Origin: Octopus vulgaris
Taxonomy: Eukaryota
Assembly: GCA_951406725.2 (NCBI GenBank)
Contig: OX597829.1
Location: forward strand, 18,538,001 to 18,602,000
Direction of reading: 5' to 3'
DNA: 64,000 bases
In this document: positions 52,154 through 64,000 of the stretch, piece by piece
Numbering within the stretch: position 1 is the first letter of the stretch
Layout of the letters: each line of letters opens with the position of its first letter
Program-made: the position numbers and the translations under genes
The notes under the pieces: generated by a model
Database searches by the model: none
What the model was told of the DNA's origin: nothing
Seen by the model: the letters and a program-made list of their open reading frames with translations, nothing else

Positions 52154-53788
52154 TGGCACATAAAACACCCATACTGGTGGCACATAAAAGCACCCATGCT
52201 GGTGGCACATAAAAGCACCCATGCTGGTGGCACATAAAAGCACCCATGGCACATAAAAGCATCCATGCTGGTGGCACATAAAAGCACCCATGCTGGTGGA
52301 ACATAAAAGCACCCATGCTGGTGGAACATAAAAGCATCCATGCTGGTGGCACATAAAAGCACCCATGCTGGTGGCACATAAAAGCACCCATGCTGGTGGA
52401 ACATAAAAGCACCCATGCTGGTGGCACATAAAAGCATCCATGCTGGTGGCACATAAAAGCACCCATGCTGGTGGAACATAAAAGCATCCATGCTGGTGGC
52501 ACATAAAAGCACCCATGCTGGTGGCACATAAAAGCACCCATGCTGGTGGAACATAAAAGCACCCATGCTGGTGGCACATAAAAGCACCCATGCTGGTGGC
52601 ACATAAAAGCACCCATGCTGGTGGAACATAAAAGCATCCATGCTGGTGGCACATAAAAGCACCCATGTTGGTGGCACATAAAAGCACCCATGCTGGTGGC
52701 ACATAAAAGCACCCATGTTGGTGGCACATAAAAGCACCCATGCTGGTGGCACATAAAAGCACCCATGTTGGTGGCACATAAAAGCACCCATGTTGGTGGC
52801 ACATAAAAGCACCCATGTTGGTGGCACATAAAGCACCCATGCTGGTGGCACATAAAAGCACCCATGTTGGTGGCACATGAAAGCACCCATGCTGGTGGCA
52901 CATAAAAGCACCCATGTTGGTGGCACATAAAAGCACCCATGTTGGTGGCACATAAAAGCACCCATGTTGGTGGCACATAAAAGCACCCATGTTGGTGGCA
53001 CATAAAAGCACCCATGCTGGTGGCACATAAAAGCATCCATGCTGGTGGCACATAAAAGCCACCATGTTGGTGGCACATAAAAGCACCCATGCTGGTAGAA
53101 CATAAAAGCATCCATGTTGGTGGCACATAAAAGCACCCATTCTGGTGGCACATAAAAGCACCCATGTTGGTGGCACATAAAAGCACCCATGTTGGTGGCA
53201 CATAAAAGCATCCATGCTGGTGGCACATAAAAGCCACCATGTTGGTGGCACATAAAAGCATCCATGCTGGTGGCACATAAAAGCACCCATGCTGGTGGCA
53301 CATAAAAGCATCCATGCTGGTAGAACATAAAAGCACCCATGCTGGTAGAACATAAAAGCATCCATGTTGGTGGCACATAAAAGCACCCATGCTGGTGGCA
53401 CATAAAAGCACCCATGTTGGTGGCACATAAAAGCACCCATGCTGGTGGCACATAAAAGCATCCATGCTGGTAGAACATAAAAGCACCCATGCTGGTAGAA
53501 CATAAAAGCATCCATGTTGGTGGCACATAAAAGCACCCATGTTGGTGGCACATAAAAGCACCCATGTTGGTGGCACATAAAAGCACCCATGCTGGTAGAA
53601 CATAAAAGCACCCATGCTGGTAGAACATAAAAGCACCCATGCTGGTAGAACATAAAAGCACCCATGCTGGTGGCACATAAAAGCACCCATGCTGGTGGCA
53701 CATAAAAGCACCCATGCTGGTAGAACATAAAAGCACCCATGCTGGTGGAACATAAAAGCACCCATGCTGGTGGCACATAAAAAGCACC
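52154..53788 (+). repeat. 25-bp minisatellite (gctggtggcacataaaagcacccat) x~65, expanded inside an RTE 3'UTR
   Basis: Unit directly visible; decayed RTE ORF end on the left and the standard RTE tail (53789-53935) on the right. Confidence 0.95.
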
Positions 53789-54399
53789 CTTACACTCTTG
53801 GAGTGGTTGGCATTAGGAAGGGCATCCAGTCATAGAAACCAATCCAAAACAGATATGGAATGTGGGCAGCTCTCATGCTTACCAGTTCCAGTCTAACCCA
53901 TGCCAGCATGGAAAGCAGATGTTAAATGATGATGAGGATTATTATCAATCCACTTTAATTGAATTGTTGCTCTTACAAGTCTTTGTCAGAGCTAACGAGA
54001 GGATACAATCATTTCACGCAGTAGTGATCGATTGAGATTGTACCATACAATATATAATACACATTAACAGTTTAAGGCAGCAAGCTGACAAAATCATTAG
54101 CACTCCTGGTAAAATGCTTTGCAACACTTCATCTATCTTTACGTTTGGAGTTCAAATACTGCCAAAGTCACCTTTGTCTTTCATCCTTTCAGAGTTGATA
54201 AAATAAATAACTGTTGAGTTCTGGAGTTGATGTTATTGATTTACCCTTTTTACCTCACAACTGTTGACCCTGTGCCAAAATTTGAAACCAATATATATTA
54301 ACAAGGCATTTTCCAGATGGCTCTAGAATTTCAAAGCCTTACTGATAGTTCAGTATGTGACATGTTAACGTTCTATGTCTTTGGACAACATGTTTCTGG

Positions 54400-54660
54400 G
54401 TTAGGAATGTCAAAGGTTTACTCCACATCAACAAATGTAAAGTAGAACAATTTGTTATTAAATAAAAAAAAAAATGTTTGAATTTGCCTCATTAGAAATA
54501 TAATGTCTGTGATTCCATGATCTGACACTAAACCAAGCTGCTTCTTACTCAAGTTCTCTCTAATCCAGAACTAACTTTGCTAAAAAATCTCTGAAATACT
54601 ACCAAGGTCCATTAGTTTGACACTTTCGAATCTGCTACTTTCCATGATATCTCTATAGCT
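54400..54660 (-). mobile_element. Old RTE-like RT fragment
   Basis: QLGLVSDHGITDIIFLMRQIQ…FYFTFVDVE*TFD resembles QFGF…GTTDAIF..RQLQ…AFVDLEKAFD. Confidence 0.6.
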
Positions 54661-55264
54661 CTTGTAATAGTTTATGGTATTACTACTACACTAAGGCGGT
54701 GAACTCTCATTTCCAATTTTTTTTTGTTGGGGGGGGGGGTTAGTTTTTATAAACAACATCTGAGAAATTAAATTGCTTGACTATGGAATCTAAGAAGCCA
54801 TTGTAATGGTTCAAGAGACAGAAGAGATAGCATAATAATGGCTGGGTCAGTCAGTCAGTCTGGATGAGAATATCATCACCCCCACCCCCACCACCATCAT
54901 CATCATCATCATCACCATCATCGTTAAACGTCCGCTTTCCATGCTGGCATGGGTTGGACAATTTGACTGAGGACTGGTAAACCAGATGGCTGCACCAGGC
55001 TCCAACCTGATCTGGCAGCGTTTCTACAGCTGGATGCCCTTCCTAACGCCAACCACTCCGAGAGAGTAATGGGTGCTTTTTACATGCCACCGACACAAGG
55101 GCCAGTCAGGCGGTACTGGCAACAGCCACATATGTACTAAAAGATACACAAATGTTTTAAATTACAGAAAAAAAAAAAAAAAACCTACATATTCTAGTAT
55201 GGAATAATGGATTTCAAAACAATGCACAAAATATTAAAATTAAAATCGAAACTATTAAGTAAAC

Positions 55265-55355
55265 CTGATATTCATAAAATCCTGTTTTCAATGCTTCTTT
55301 ATACAACATCTTTTCAAAGCTGCTCTCTGTTTCCTGGAGCTTCTTATTCATCTCA
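55265..55355 (-). CDS. LARS1: LARS exon (EMNKKLQETESSFEKMLYKEALKTGFYEYQ)
   Basis: Read manually (not in ORF track). Matches human YEKMMFKEALKTGFFEFQ. Acceptor ttcgttag, donor gtttac; 91 nt, phase 2 to 0. Confidence 0.93.
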
Positions 55356-56199
55356 CTAACGAAAAGAAAAATGAAAAAACATTTTTTTAATTAAAAAGAA
55401 TAAAAGGTACTTCATTGTCAAACTTTTGAAAATTTACTGTATTTGATTATTTATAAAGGCACACAAATTTACAAGACACTACACATATTAGGCAGGCCCC
55501 TTTCTTGAACCAGTGTTTGTGAGTAACCGAAATTTGGAACTTATCTTTATAAGACTCGCTTATATAGGTTTGCTTATAAAGGTGCACCGGCATATAAAAC
55601 ACACCCCAATTGAGACAGGCCCTTTCTTGAATTAGCATTTACCTCACATGGAAACAGGTGAGGGTTGGCATCAGGAAGAGCATCTGGCTGCAAAAAAACA
55701 TGCTGCACACAAGTCAGTAATCCAAATCTTGAATGTAGGCTTTTAAGATTCATGTTAATTTTCTGATTTTTTTTTTTTTTTTATGTTACAGTGTACCTAT
55801 TAAACCACTGACAACATTGGTAATATATACTGAAGCCCACCTGTCCTCTGTTTGTTAGCCACACCTGAGAGAAAGCAAAATGACAGCAAGTTACCAAAAT
55901 CATTAGAGCAGTGTTTCTCAACCAATTTTTAGATATCTGGGCAGATCCAAAACCCGGATTTCTTTTCCATCATTAAAATATCAAAACTATGAGATAATGC
56001 ACAATTAATTAAAAACAACATGAATAAATAAGTATTACATTTGACAAAGCAATCTGAATGCTAAAGGGGAGGAGGAGGAGTATAGGTGGAGGAGGAGGAG
56101 GAGGAGAGGAGGTATTATAGCTACACCACCAGAAATAAAATAAACAAAAACTTAAATGCCTAAACTAATAATGAATGGTAAGAATAAATTAAATCTTAC

Positions 56200-56380
56200 T
56201 TTATGAAAACTTTATCATTAAAATTATAAGGACCACTTCTCATGCTGTTTAGGAGAGGAACCATTTCTTTGACCCATTCTAAATAGGAATGGAGTCTCAG
56301 CAAACCACTATCGGCAATTTTCTCAACAAAATTGGCGTCTTCAATGAAATCACCAGCATCGGCCAAAGCCATTCTCATAC
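56200..56380 (-). CDS. LARS1: LARS exon ([61 protein letters not shown])
   Basis: Close to human [40 protein letters not shown]...FNDRVF. Acceptor tttttag, donor gtaaga; 181 nt, phase 1 to 2, fits both neighbours. Confidence 0.96.
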
Positions 56381-56640
56381 CTAAAAATAAATGAAAGGAA
56401 ATAGAATTAAATGGCATTAATATCTGTAAACACACATACAAATATACACATATATCAAATATCCTGAAGAAGGGATCATAACCCAAAAATACAGAAATAC
56501 AAGGTAAAATTGAAACATTGTTTTGTTTTCTTTTTGTTGTTTACTTTGTACCTTTTTTGCATTGTTCTGGCCTTACACAACAACCTTCTTTAAAAATATA
56601 CATATATATATAGGTGGCTGTGTGGTAAGAAACTTGCTTC

Positions 56641-57060
56641 CCAAGTTTCTAAAGGCAGTGAGCTGGCAGAAACGTTAGCACACCAGGCGAAATGCTTAGC
56701 GATAATTCGTCTGCTGTTACATTCTGAGTTCAAATTACCCCGAGGTCGACTTTGCCTTTCATCCTTTTGGGGTCGATAAATAAAGTACCAGTTTCGCAAT
56801 GGGGTCGATGTAATCGACTTGATCCCTTTGTCTGTCCTTGTTTGTCCTCTCTGTGTTTAGCCCCTTGTGGGTAGTAAAGAAATAGGTATTTCTTCTGCTG
56901 TTATGTTCTGAGTTCAAATTCCGCCACTTTGCCTTTCATCCTTTCGGGGTTGATAAATTAAGTACCAGTTATGCACTGGGGTCGCTGTAATCGACTTAAT
57001 CCGTTTGTCTGTCCTTGTTTGTTCCCTCTATGTTTAGCCCCTTGTGGGCAATAAAGAAAT
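56641..57060 (+). mobile_element. Tandem (dimeric) family-B SINE inserted into the head of a family-A SINE
   Basis: Target duplication aagaaacttgcttc at 56627-56640 and 57061-57074; one full unit followed by a 5'-truncated unit. Confidence 0.8.
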
Positions 57061-57441
57061 AAGAAACTTGCTTCTCAACCACATGGTTCAGTTCAAGGTT
57101 CAGTACCACTATATGGCATCCTGGGCAAGTGTCTTCTAAGATAGCCTTAGGCTGACCAAAGCCTTGTAAGTGGATTTGTTAGAAGGAAACTGAAAGAAGC
57201 CCATCATACATATATATGTGCGTGTGTGTATGTCTGTATTTGCTCCCTTATCACCATTTGACAACAGGTATTGGTGTATTTATGTCCCCATAACTTAGTT
57301 GTTTGGCAAAAGAGACCAAAAGAATAAGTACTAGGCTTAAGAAATAACTTCTGGGGTCAATTTGTTCAACTAAAACCCTTGAAGGTGGTGCTCCAGCATG
57401 GTTGCAGCCAGATGATTGATACAAGTAAAAGAATAAAAGAA

Positions 57442-57474
<33 letters not shown>

Positions 57475-59586
57475 AGTAAATTCCCCGCCCCAAAAACCAA
57501 GAACAAACGCAAGAAGAAAAAAAAAACAACAATGCAAGGACGTGATACATGCAAAGTATTAGCAGGAAAGGAAACAAGGTAGTTTTTATATTTCGAGCAA
57601 AGCTCTTTGTCAGAAACAGGAGATGGAGGAAAGTCCAAGAGAAAAGGAAGACAGAGGACAAAAAAAAAAAATCGACAATGATTCACATGTGGTTATATTT
57701 TGAAATATATCATATTTACGATATATATCTCGTAAATATGAGGGTAATAAATTAAAATAATTTATTACCAGTGGTTAGGAAGCATTAATAAAAGTCATAA
57801 GACAACATATTTTTAAAAATATATGAGTGTATAAAATATTTTTATACACAAAGAGGAGACCATTGACAAGACTCCTTACATGCTAAAAAGGCCAGTTAAA
57901 ACATAAACCACGAAAAAGATAATTCATGAGGCAAACCGTTAAATATATATATATATATCACGCGATCACGTGACCGACCAGACCATCAGATGTTGTTACA
58001 CATCGCTGGTCACAATGCGTTCGCATTGTTTTAGCCTTCGAATGACGCCACCCTGCTGGCTAAGCGAGCAGGCCAACAGAAGAAAGAGTGGTGAAAGAGT
58101 ACAGCAGGGATCACCACCCCCTGCCAGAGCGTCGTGGAGCTTTTAGGTGTTTTCGCTCAATAAACACTCACAACACCCGGCCTGGGAACTGAAACCGCGA
58201 TCCTACGACCGCGAGTCCGCTGCCCTAACCACTGGGCCATTGCGCCTCCACACATATATATATATACACACATACATACATGTAATTTTACGGTTAGCAT
58301 GGGTGGGATGATTCGGTAAAGAGTTATTTTCTTCTGCCTCTTACTCTTTTACTGCATCCATGCTGCGTCACTGCCACGATGCGCTTTAGTCAAACAAATC
58401 AACTCAAGTACTTATTTCTTTTTATGTCTGGTTCTTATTCTATCAGTCCGTTTTGCCAAACCACTAAGTTATGGGGAAGTAGACAAACAAACACTGGATG
58501 TCATGTGGTGATAGGGAACAAACACACACTCACACACATATACATCTGTGTATGTATATGTGTATTAAACCTCTTAAACGCATCAACACAATTATTTCCA
58601 CTCTTCCTCAAATAATCCCACTGAACCCATTTTTTTTACTGTTTTGCCAGTGGCTGTGTGGTAAGTAGCTTGCTAACCAACCACATGGTTCTGGGTTCAG
58701 TCCCACTGTGTGGCATCTTGGGCAAGTGTCTTCTGCTATAGCCCCAGGCCGACCAATGCCTTGTGAGTGGATTTGGTAGACGGAAATTGAAAGAAGCCTG
58801 TCGTATATATGTATATATATGTATGTGTGTCTATATGTTTGTGTGTCTGTGTTTGTCCCTCTAGCATTGCTTGACAACCGATGCTGGTGTTTTTACGTCC
58901 CCGTCACTTAGCGGTTTGGCAAAAGAGACCGATAGAATAAGTACTGGGCTTAGAAAGAGATTCTTGTCGGTTTCTTTTTTCTTTAAGGTGTGCCTCCAAA
59001 ATGGATAGGAGGAATGGAGAAAGTTGTCTTCAAAATGGAGATCTAACCTGAATATCTTTATCTTTATCTTTTACTTGTTTCAGTCATTTGACTGCGGCCA
59101 TGCTGGAGCACCGCCTTTAGTCGAGCAAATCGACCCCGGGACTTATTTTTTGTAAGCCCAGTACTTATTCTATCGGTCTCTTTTGCCTAACCACTAAGTG
59201 ACGGGGACGTAAACACACCAGCATCGGTTGTCAAGCAATGCTAGGGGGACAAACACACACACATATATATATACATATATACGACAGGCTTCTTTCAGTT
59301 TCCGTCTACCAAATCCACTCACAAGGCATTGGTCAGCCCAGGGCTACAGCAGAAGACACTTGCCCAAGATGCCACGCAGTGGGACTGAACCCGGAGCCAT
59401 GTGGTTGTTAGCAAGCTACTTACCACATAGCCGCTCCTGCGCTCCATACTTGTAACTATGGTAGACTTAGATTGATATTCAAAGAATCAGCAAAAAGGTA
59501 TATGAAGCAGAAAAGAATTGATCATAATGAATGGCAAACTCAAGTGAAAAACTGACCAGTATGGAGAAAGCTGATCAAGTCATACC

Positions 59587-59743
59587 TATTTCTTTATTGC
59601 CCAACTGGGGCTAAACACAGAGGGGACAAGCAAGGACAGACAAACGGATTAAGTCGATTACATCGACCCCAGTGCGTAACTGGTACTAAATTTATCGACC
59701 CCGAAAGGATGAAAGGCAAAGTCGACCTCGGTCGACCAAAGTC
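59587..59743 (-). mobile_element. 5'-truncated family-B SINE with 14-bp target-site duplication
   Basis: gatcaagtcatacc at 59573-59586 and 59744-59757. Confidence 0.85.
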
Positions 59744-59964
59744 GATCAAGTCATACCAAAGCCATGAACATAGTCGCAACGACTGACGACAGATAACATA
59801 GGGGTCACCAGTGACAGCCATCCTTTAAATCAATGTGATAGTATAATCCATACAAGGGATTATAGTTCAAGTTGTGTCCTCATGAAGAATATCTGTACAT
59901 TCCAGTAATCAAACGTATGTATGTAGATGTTTTATTTAAAATGATACAGTCATACATACTAGTT

Positions 59965-60389
59965 CAGGGGTTCTCAACCATTTTTTATCAATAGGCCGTC
60001 CTTTCAAAATTCCTATTTTGTTTTTCAGACATTAACGTATGTAGGTTGAATTATGTAAAATGTTAGAGAAAGAAACCTAGCTGTTTCTTGCAATACATAC
60101 ATCTAAAGCAAGGATTCAGAACCAATTTTTATCTATGGACCTCTTTGATTACTATTTTATTCTGGAGGATCCCCAAAGCTGTTCACTGTTTAAAAACTTG
60201 CTTTACAGAAACTCCTTTCAAAATTCCTATGAGAAAGAAACCTGGTCGTTTCTTGCAATACATACATCTAAATCAAAATTTTTTCAGGGCCCCTATTGTA
60301 GATCCCCAAATTACTATTTTGTTGCGCAGACGCCCCAAGATCTTATATGGACCTTCAGAGACCATATGAACCCAGGTTGAGAACCATTG
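59965..60389. mobile_element. hAT (Charlie-like) MITE
   Basis: TIRs CAGGGGTTCTCAACC / GGTTGAGAACCATTG; 8-bp TSD tactagtt / tactagtc; internal duplication (gagaaagaaacct…gcaatacatacatctaaa x2). Confidence 0.85.
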
Positions 60390-61230
60390 TACTAGTCAAA
60401 AGTCCTGGTGAATCATGATGTTTGCAGAATGGGAGTATACATTTTGAACAAGAAGTGGCTGTGTGGTAAGTAGCTTGCTAACTAACCACATGGTTCCGGG
60501 TTCAGTCCCACTGCGTGGCATGTTGGGCAAGTGTCTTCTGCTATAGCCCCGGGCCGACCAATGCCTTGTGAGTGGATTTGGTAGACGGAAACTGAAAGAA
60601 GCCTGTCGTATATATGTATATATATATGTATATGTGTGTGTGTGTGTGTGTGTTCGGCAAAAGAGACCGATAGAATAAGTACTGGGCTTACAAAGAATAA
60701 GACCCGGGGTCGATTTGCTCGACTAAAGGCGGTGCTCCAGCATGGCCGCAGTCAAATGACTGAAACAAGTAAAAGAGTAAAGAGAGTAAATAATAAAATG
60801 GAAAAAAATTCACAAAAGAAAATATGGTGCAAAACGGGGTCGGTAAGGTAAAGCGTTAATGTAGTAAAGCAAAAAGTGTTCTATCAGAACACTTTTTCTA
60901 TAAGAATCCCACTAGAGTGTGAGAGAGAAGAACGTTAAGGCAAGGAGTAAATCTGATAAAGGAAGGGAGACGCTTGTTCATTTGCTTGTTTTTACGTCCG
61001 TTCCTCCATGCAAACATGGGTTAGATGGATATGTTATTGACATGTTGTTTTTTAGCCAACTAACCGTTGCCTGTTTTCAAATAAGGAGCCTCCTGTTTCA
61101 TATAGCTTTAACAGTACAATGTGAGTGGATGATTTATTGACAAAAGTACAACAGCAACACTACTTCTACATCATGATTTTTGTATAAGCCAGAGCAGATA
61201 GAAACAAACACACATTATATACATACATAC

Positions 61231-61286
<56 letters not shown>

Positions 61287-61288
<2 letters not shown>

Positions 61289-61400
61289 GCCATATCACAC
61301 TGAAAGCCCTAGTTCTCGTCTCATCACTGAAGTTAAGCAACATTGAGCCTAGTTAGTACTAAGATGGGTGACCACTTGAGAAAACTTGGTCTTGTAAGCA
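61287..61400 (+). pseudogene. 5S rRNA pseudogene
   Basis: cggccatatcacactgaaa…gttctcgtc…atcactgaagttaagca…gttagtactaagatgggtgaccac…cttgtaagc aligns by eye to metazoan 5S including A/C boxes; first ~5 nt missing, many CpG-type transitions, solitary copy. Confidence 0.88.
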
Positions 61401-62664
61401 TCTCAATTTTAGGCGCAGGCGTGGCTGTGTAGTAAGAAGCTTTCTTGCCAACCACATGGTTCTAGATTCAGTCCTACTCTGTGGTACCTTGGGCAAGTGT
61501 CTTTTACTATAGCCTCGGGCCAACCAAAGCCTTGTGAGTGGATTTGGTAGACAGAAACTGAAAGAAACCCACAATATATATACATATATCATCATCATCT
61601 TTAACGTCTGCCTTCTATATGTGTGTGTGTGTGTGTGTATCTGTGTGTTAGACTTTGTGTCTGTGTTTGTCACCCCACCACCACCGCTTGACAACCTGTA
61701 TGGGTGTGTTTATGTCCCCATAACCTAACAGTTTGGCAAAAGGGAATGATAGAATAAGTACCAGACTTTTTAAAAAATAAGTAGTAGGGTCAGTATATTT
61801 GACTAAATGTTCTTCAAGGCAGTGCCCCAGCATTGCCACAGTCTAATGACTGAAACAAGTATATGTGTATAAATATATATATAAAGGTTAGTAGAGGTAG
61901 CGATTGGAATAACCATCTAAGGGATAAGAATATCCATTTCACTACTGGTATAAATTACCTATCTTAACCCTGGGCATACATATGCAAGCATATTATGCTA
62001 ACAGGATACAGCCAATAACAAAGATAAACAAAGGTTTATCAGGAATCAAATTTAAATTAAGCAGAAAATGGAGGAATCTTGATTAACAACAATTGACTAC
62101 CATCGATTTTTATTTTTTAATACAAAACTTTATCCCATCTAATAGCCGTTTCTGCTTCCAATGTCCTACAGTGTTGCCAATGAAAATTCTGAGAAAAATA
62201 TTCGTCATATTTTGTAACACATCCAATCTGGAACATGGAGCTTCATCAGAGTGAAAAAAAAATGCAGAAAATAAAAGAGGAAGAGTCTCAAGAAGAGGAA
62301 TATACTTTTCTACTCTAGTCACAAGGCTCGACATTTTTGGCCAGTCGATTAGATAAACCCCAGTATGCAACTGGTACTTAATTTATCAACCCCAAAAGGA
62401 TGAAAGGCAAAGTCGACCTCAGCAGAATTTGAACACAGAAGACAGACGAAATACTGCTAAGCATTTCGCCCAGCATGCTAACTGTAAAAACAGATGAAAT
62501 ACCACTAAGTATTTCGCCCGGCTGTGTGGTAAGAAGTTTGCTTCTCAACCACATGATTCAGGTTTCAAGTCCCACTCTATGGTACCTTTTCTACTCTAGC
62601 CCATGGCTAACCAAAGCCCAGTGAGTGGATTTGGTAGATACAAACTGAAAGAAGCCTGTCGCAC

Positions 62665-62712
<48 letters not shown>

Positions 62713-63176
62713 ATGTGTTTCGTCCCTTGCCACCACTTGACAACGGGTGTTGGTTTGTTTACAACTCTGTAACTTAGCAGTTTGTCAAAACAGAGACTAA
62801 TAGGATATGTACCAGGCTTTAAAAAATAGGTACTGGTGTCGATTCATTCAACCCAAATTTCTTCAGAGCAGTGTCCCAGTATGGTCATACTCCAATGCCT
62901 GAAACAAGTGTGTGTGTGTGTGTGTGTGTGTTGTGTGACAGACATCATTTCAGTTCCCATCAACCAAGTCCTCTCACAAGTGTTTGGTCAGCTCAGCACT
63001 ATAGTAAGATAAACCCGAAACCAATGGTTGGGCAGTGGACATCTTAACGACACATCCATGTGTGCACCTGTGGCAAGGGGAAGAAAATATTAACGCAAAG
63101 GTTTTACACAAATTTGATCTGGTTTCTCTTGCTGGTTTCCTTGACTGACATTGATAAGAAAATGAAATAAACATAC

Positions 63177-63240
63177 CGTCGGCAGAATACTTTTCAAGAG
63201 CTTCAGAAAGAGTAAGGAAATTTCCTGACGACTTGGACAT
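63177..63240 (-). CDS. LARS1: Cytosolic leucyl-tRNA synthetase, internal exon (MSKSSGNFLTLSEALEKYSAD-G); upstream exons outside window
   Basis: Matches the class I (K)MSKS region of eukaryotic LeuRS (human [23 protein letters not shown]). Acceptor tctcctttag, donor gtatgt; 64 nt, phase 0 to 1. Confidence 0.95.
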
Positions 63241-64000
63241 CTAAAGGAGAGAGGAAAAAAATTGCTATTAAAGTTCTTTGTGCAAAGATCTCAGAAAATG
63301 TGTGCAAACATGCACTAATATGTGCTTGCCACAAATGCTGAAGAAAAGGGACGGTTGTTTAAATGAACTTTGTATTAGACTGGTTCTATTTATTTTTATC
63401 AAACTTAATAAGATGAAGGGCAATGAACACATTGGCAGGAATTGAATTCAGAATGTTAAGAGATCTAACTAAATACTGCTAAGCCTTTTCTGCTGATGTC
63501 AACCACCAAATTCTGCCACAAACTTCCCTTTGTAAAAATGGTTGTTGTTGCTATTAAGGTGGCAAGCTAGTAGAATTGTTAGCATGCTTAGGCAGCATTT
63601 CATCCAAATTTAGGATCTGAGTTGAAATGCTGCTGATCACTTTTGCCTTTCCTCCTTTTGGGGTCAATGAAATAAGTACCAGTAAAACACTGGGGTCAAT
63701 GTAATCAAATAGCCTTCTCCACTAAAATTTCAGGTTTTGTGCCTTTAGTAGAAAGGATCATTATTAGTATTATTATCATCATCATCAGCATCATCATTAA
63801 GGAGTTAAGCTGGCAGAATCGTTAGCACGCTGGATGAAATGCTTAGCAGTATTTCGCTTGTTGCTAAGTTCTGAGTTCAAATTCCGACTTTGCTTTTCAT
63901 CATTTCAGGGTTCATAAATTAAGTACCAGTGAAACACTGGGGTCGATGTAATTGATTAGTCCCCTCCCCACAAATTTCAGGCCTTGTGCCTTTAGAAGAA

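Noticed and set aside
51994-53787. Three overlapping 549-597 aa Cys/His/Met-rich ORFs
   Set aside because: The 25-bp unit has no stop codon on the minus strand, so all three frames stay open and give the same 25-aa periodic peptide; the array is intronic and LINE-derived.
61287-61400. Functional 5S rRNA gene
   Set aside because: Solitary, 5'-truncated, with many substitutions including in the internal control region.

Overview
AT-rich, repeat-saturated eukaryotic DNA with many (TA)n/(CA)n/(AAT)n/(CAT)n microsatellites. The SINE/LINE repertoire suggests an octopus or other coleoid cephalopod (inferred from repeat families, not searched). The only host gene I can support is the 3' part of a cytosolic leucyl-tRNA synthetase (LARS1-type) on the minus strand. 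It has nine GT-AG coding exons from 63240 down to 34987 (1026 nt, 342 codons, phases consistent), running from the (K)MSKS motif to ...CCPGKPIISLYTR. The 5' exons lie beyond the right edge, and I found no exon for the C-terminal UNE-L extension. Most of the rest is mobile-element material: three tRNA-derived SINE families, RTE, R4/Dong and L1/Tx1 LINE remnants, a Gypsy RNase H scrap, Penelope-like remnants with hammerhead-ribozyme motifs, an IR/DR Tc1 element, mariner/piggyBac/hAT MITEs, a 5S pseudogene and a 1.6 kb 25-bp minisatellite. The most notable observations are perfect palindromes inside (TA)n tracts (one carrying a hammerhead on each strand), an apparently truncated and diverged LARS with Gln at the human R845 position, and inverted SINE pairs bracketing LARS exons. 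I cannot establish a new biological system from sequence alone; these are leads. Almost all ORF-track entries are repeat artefacts.
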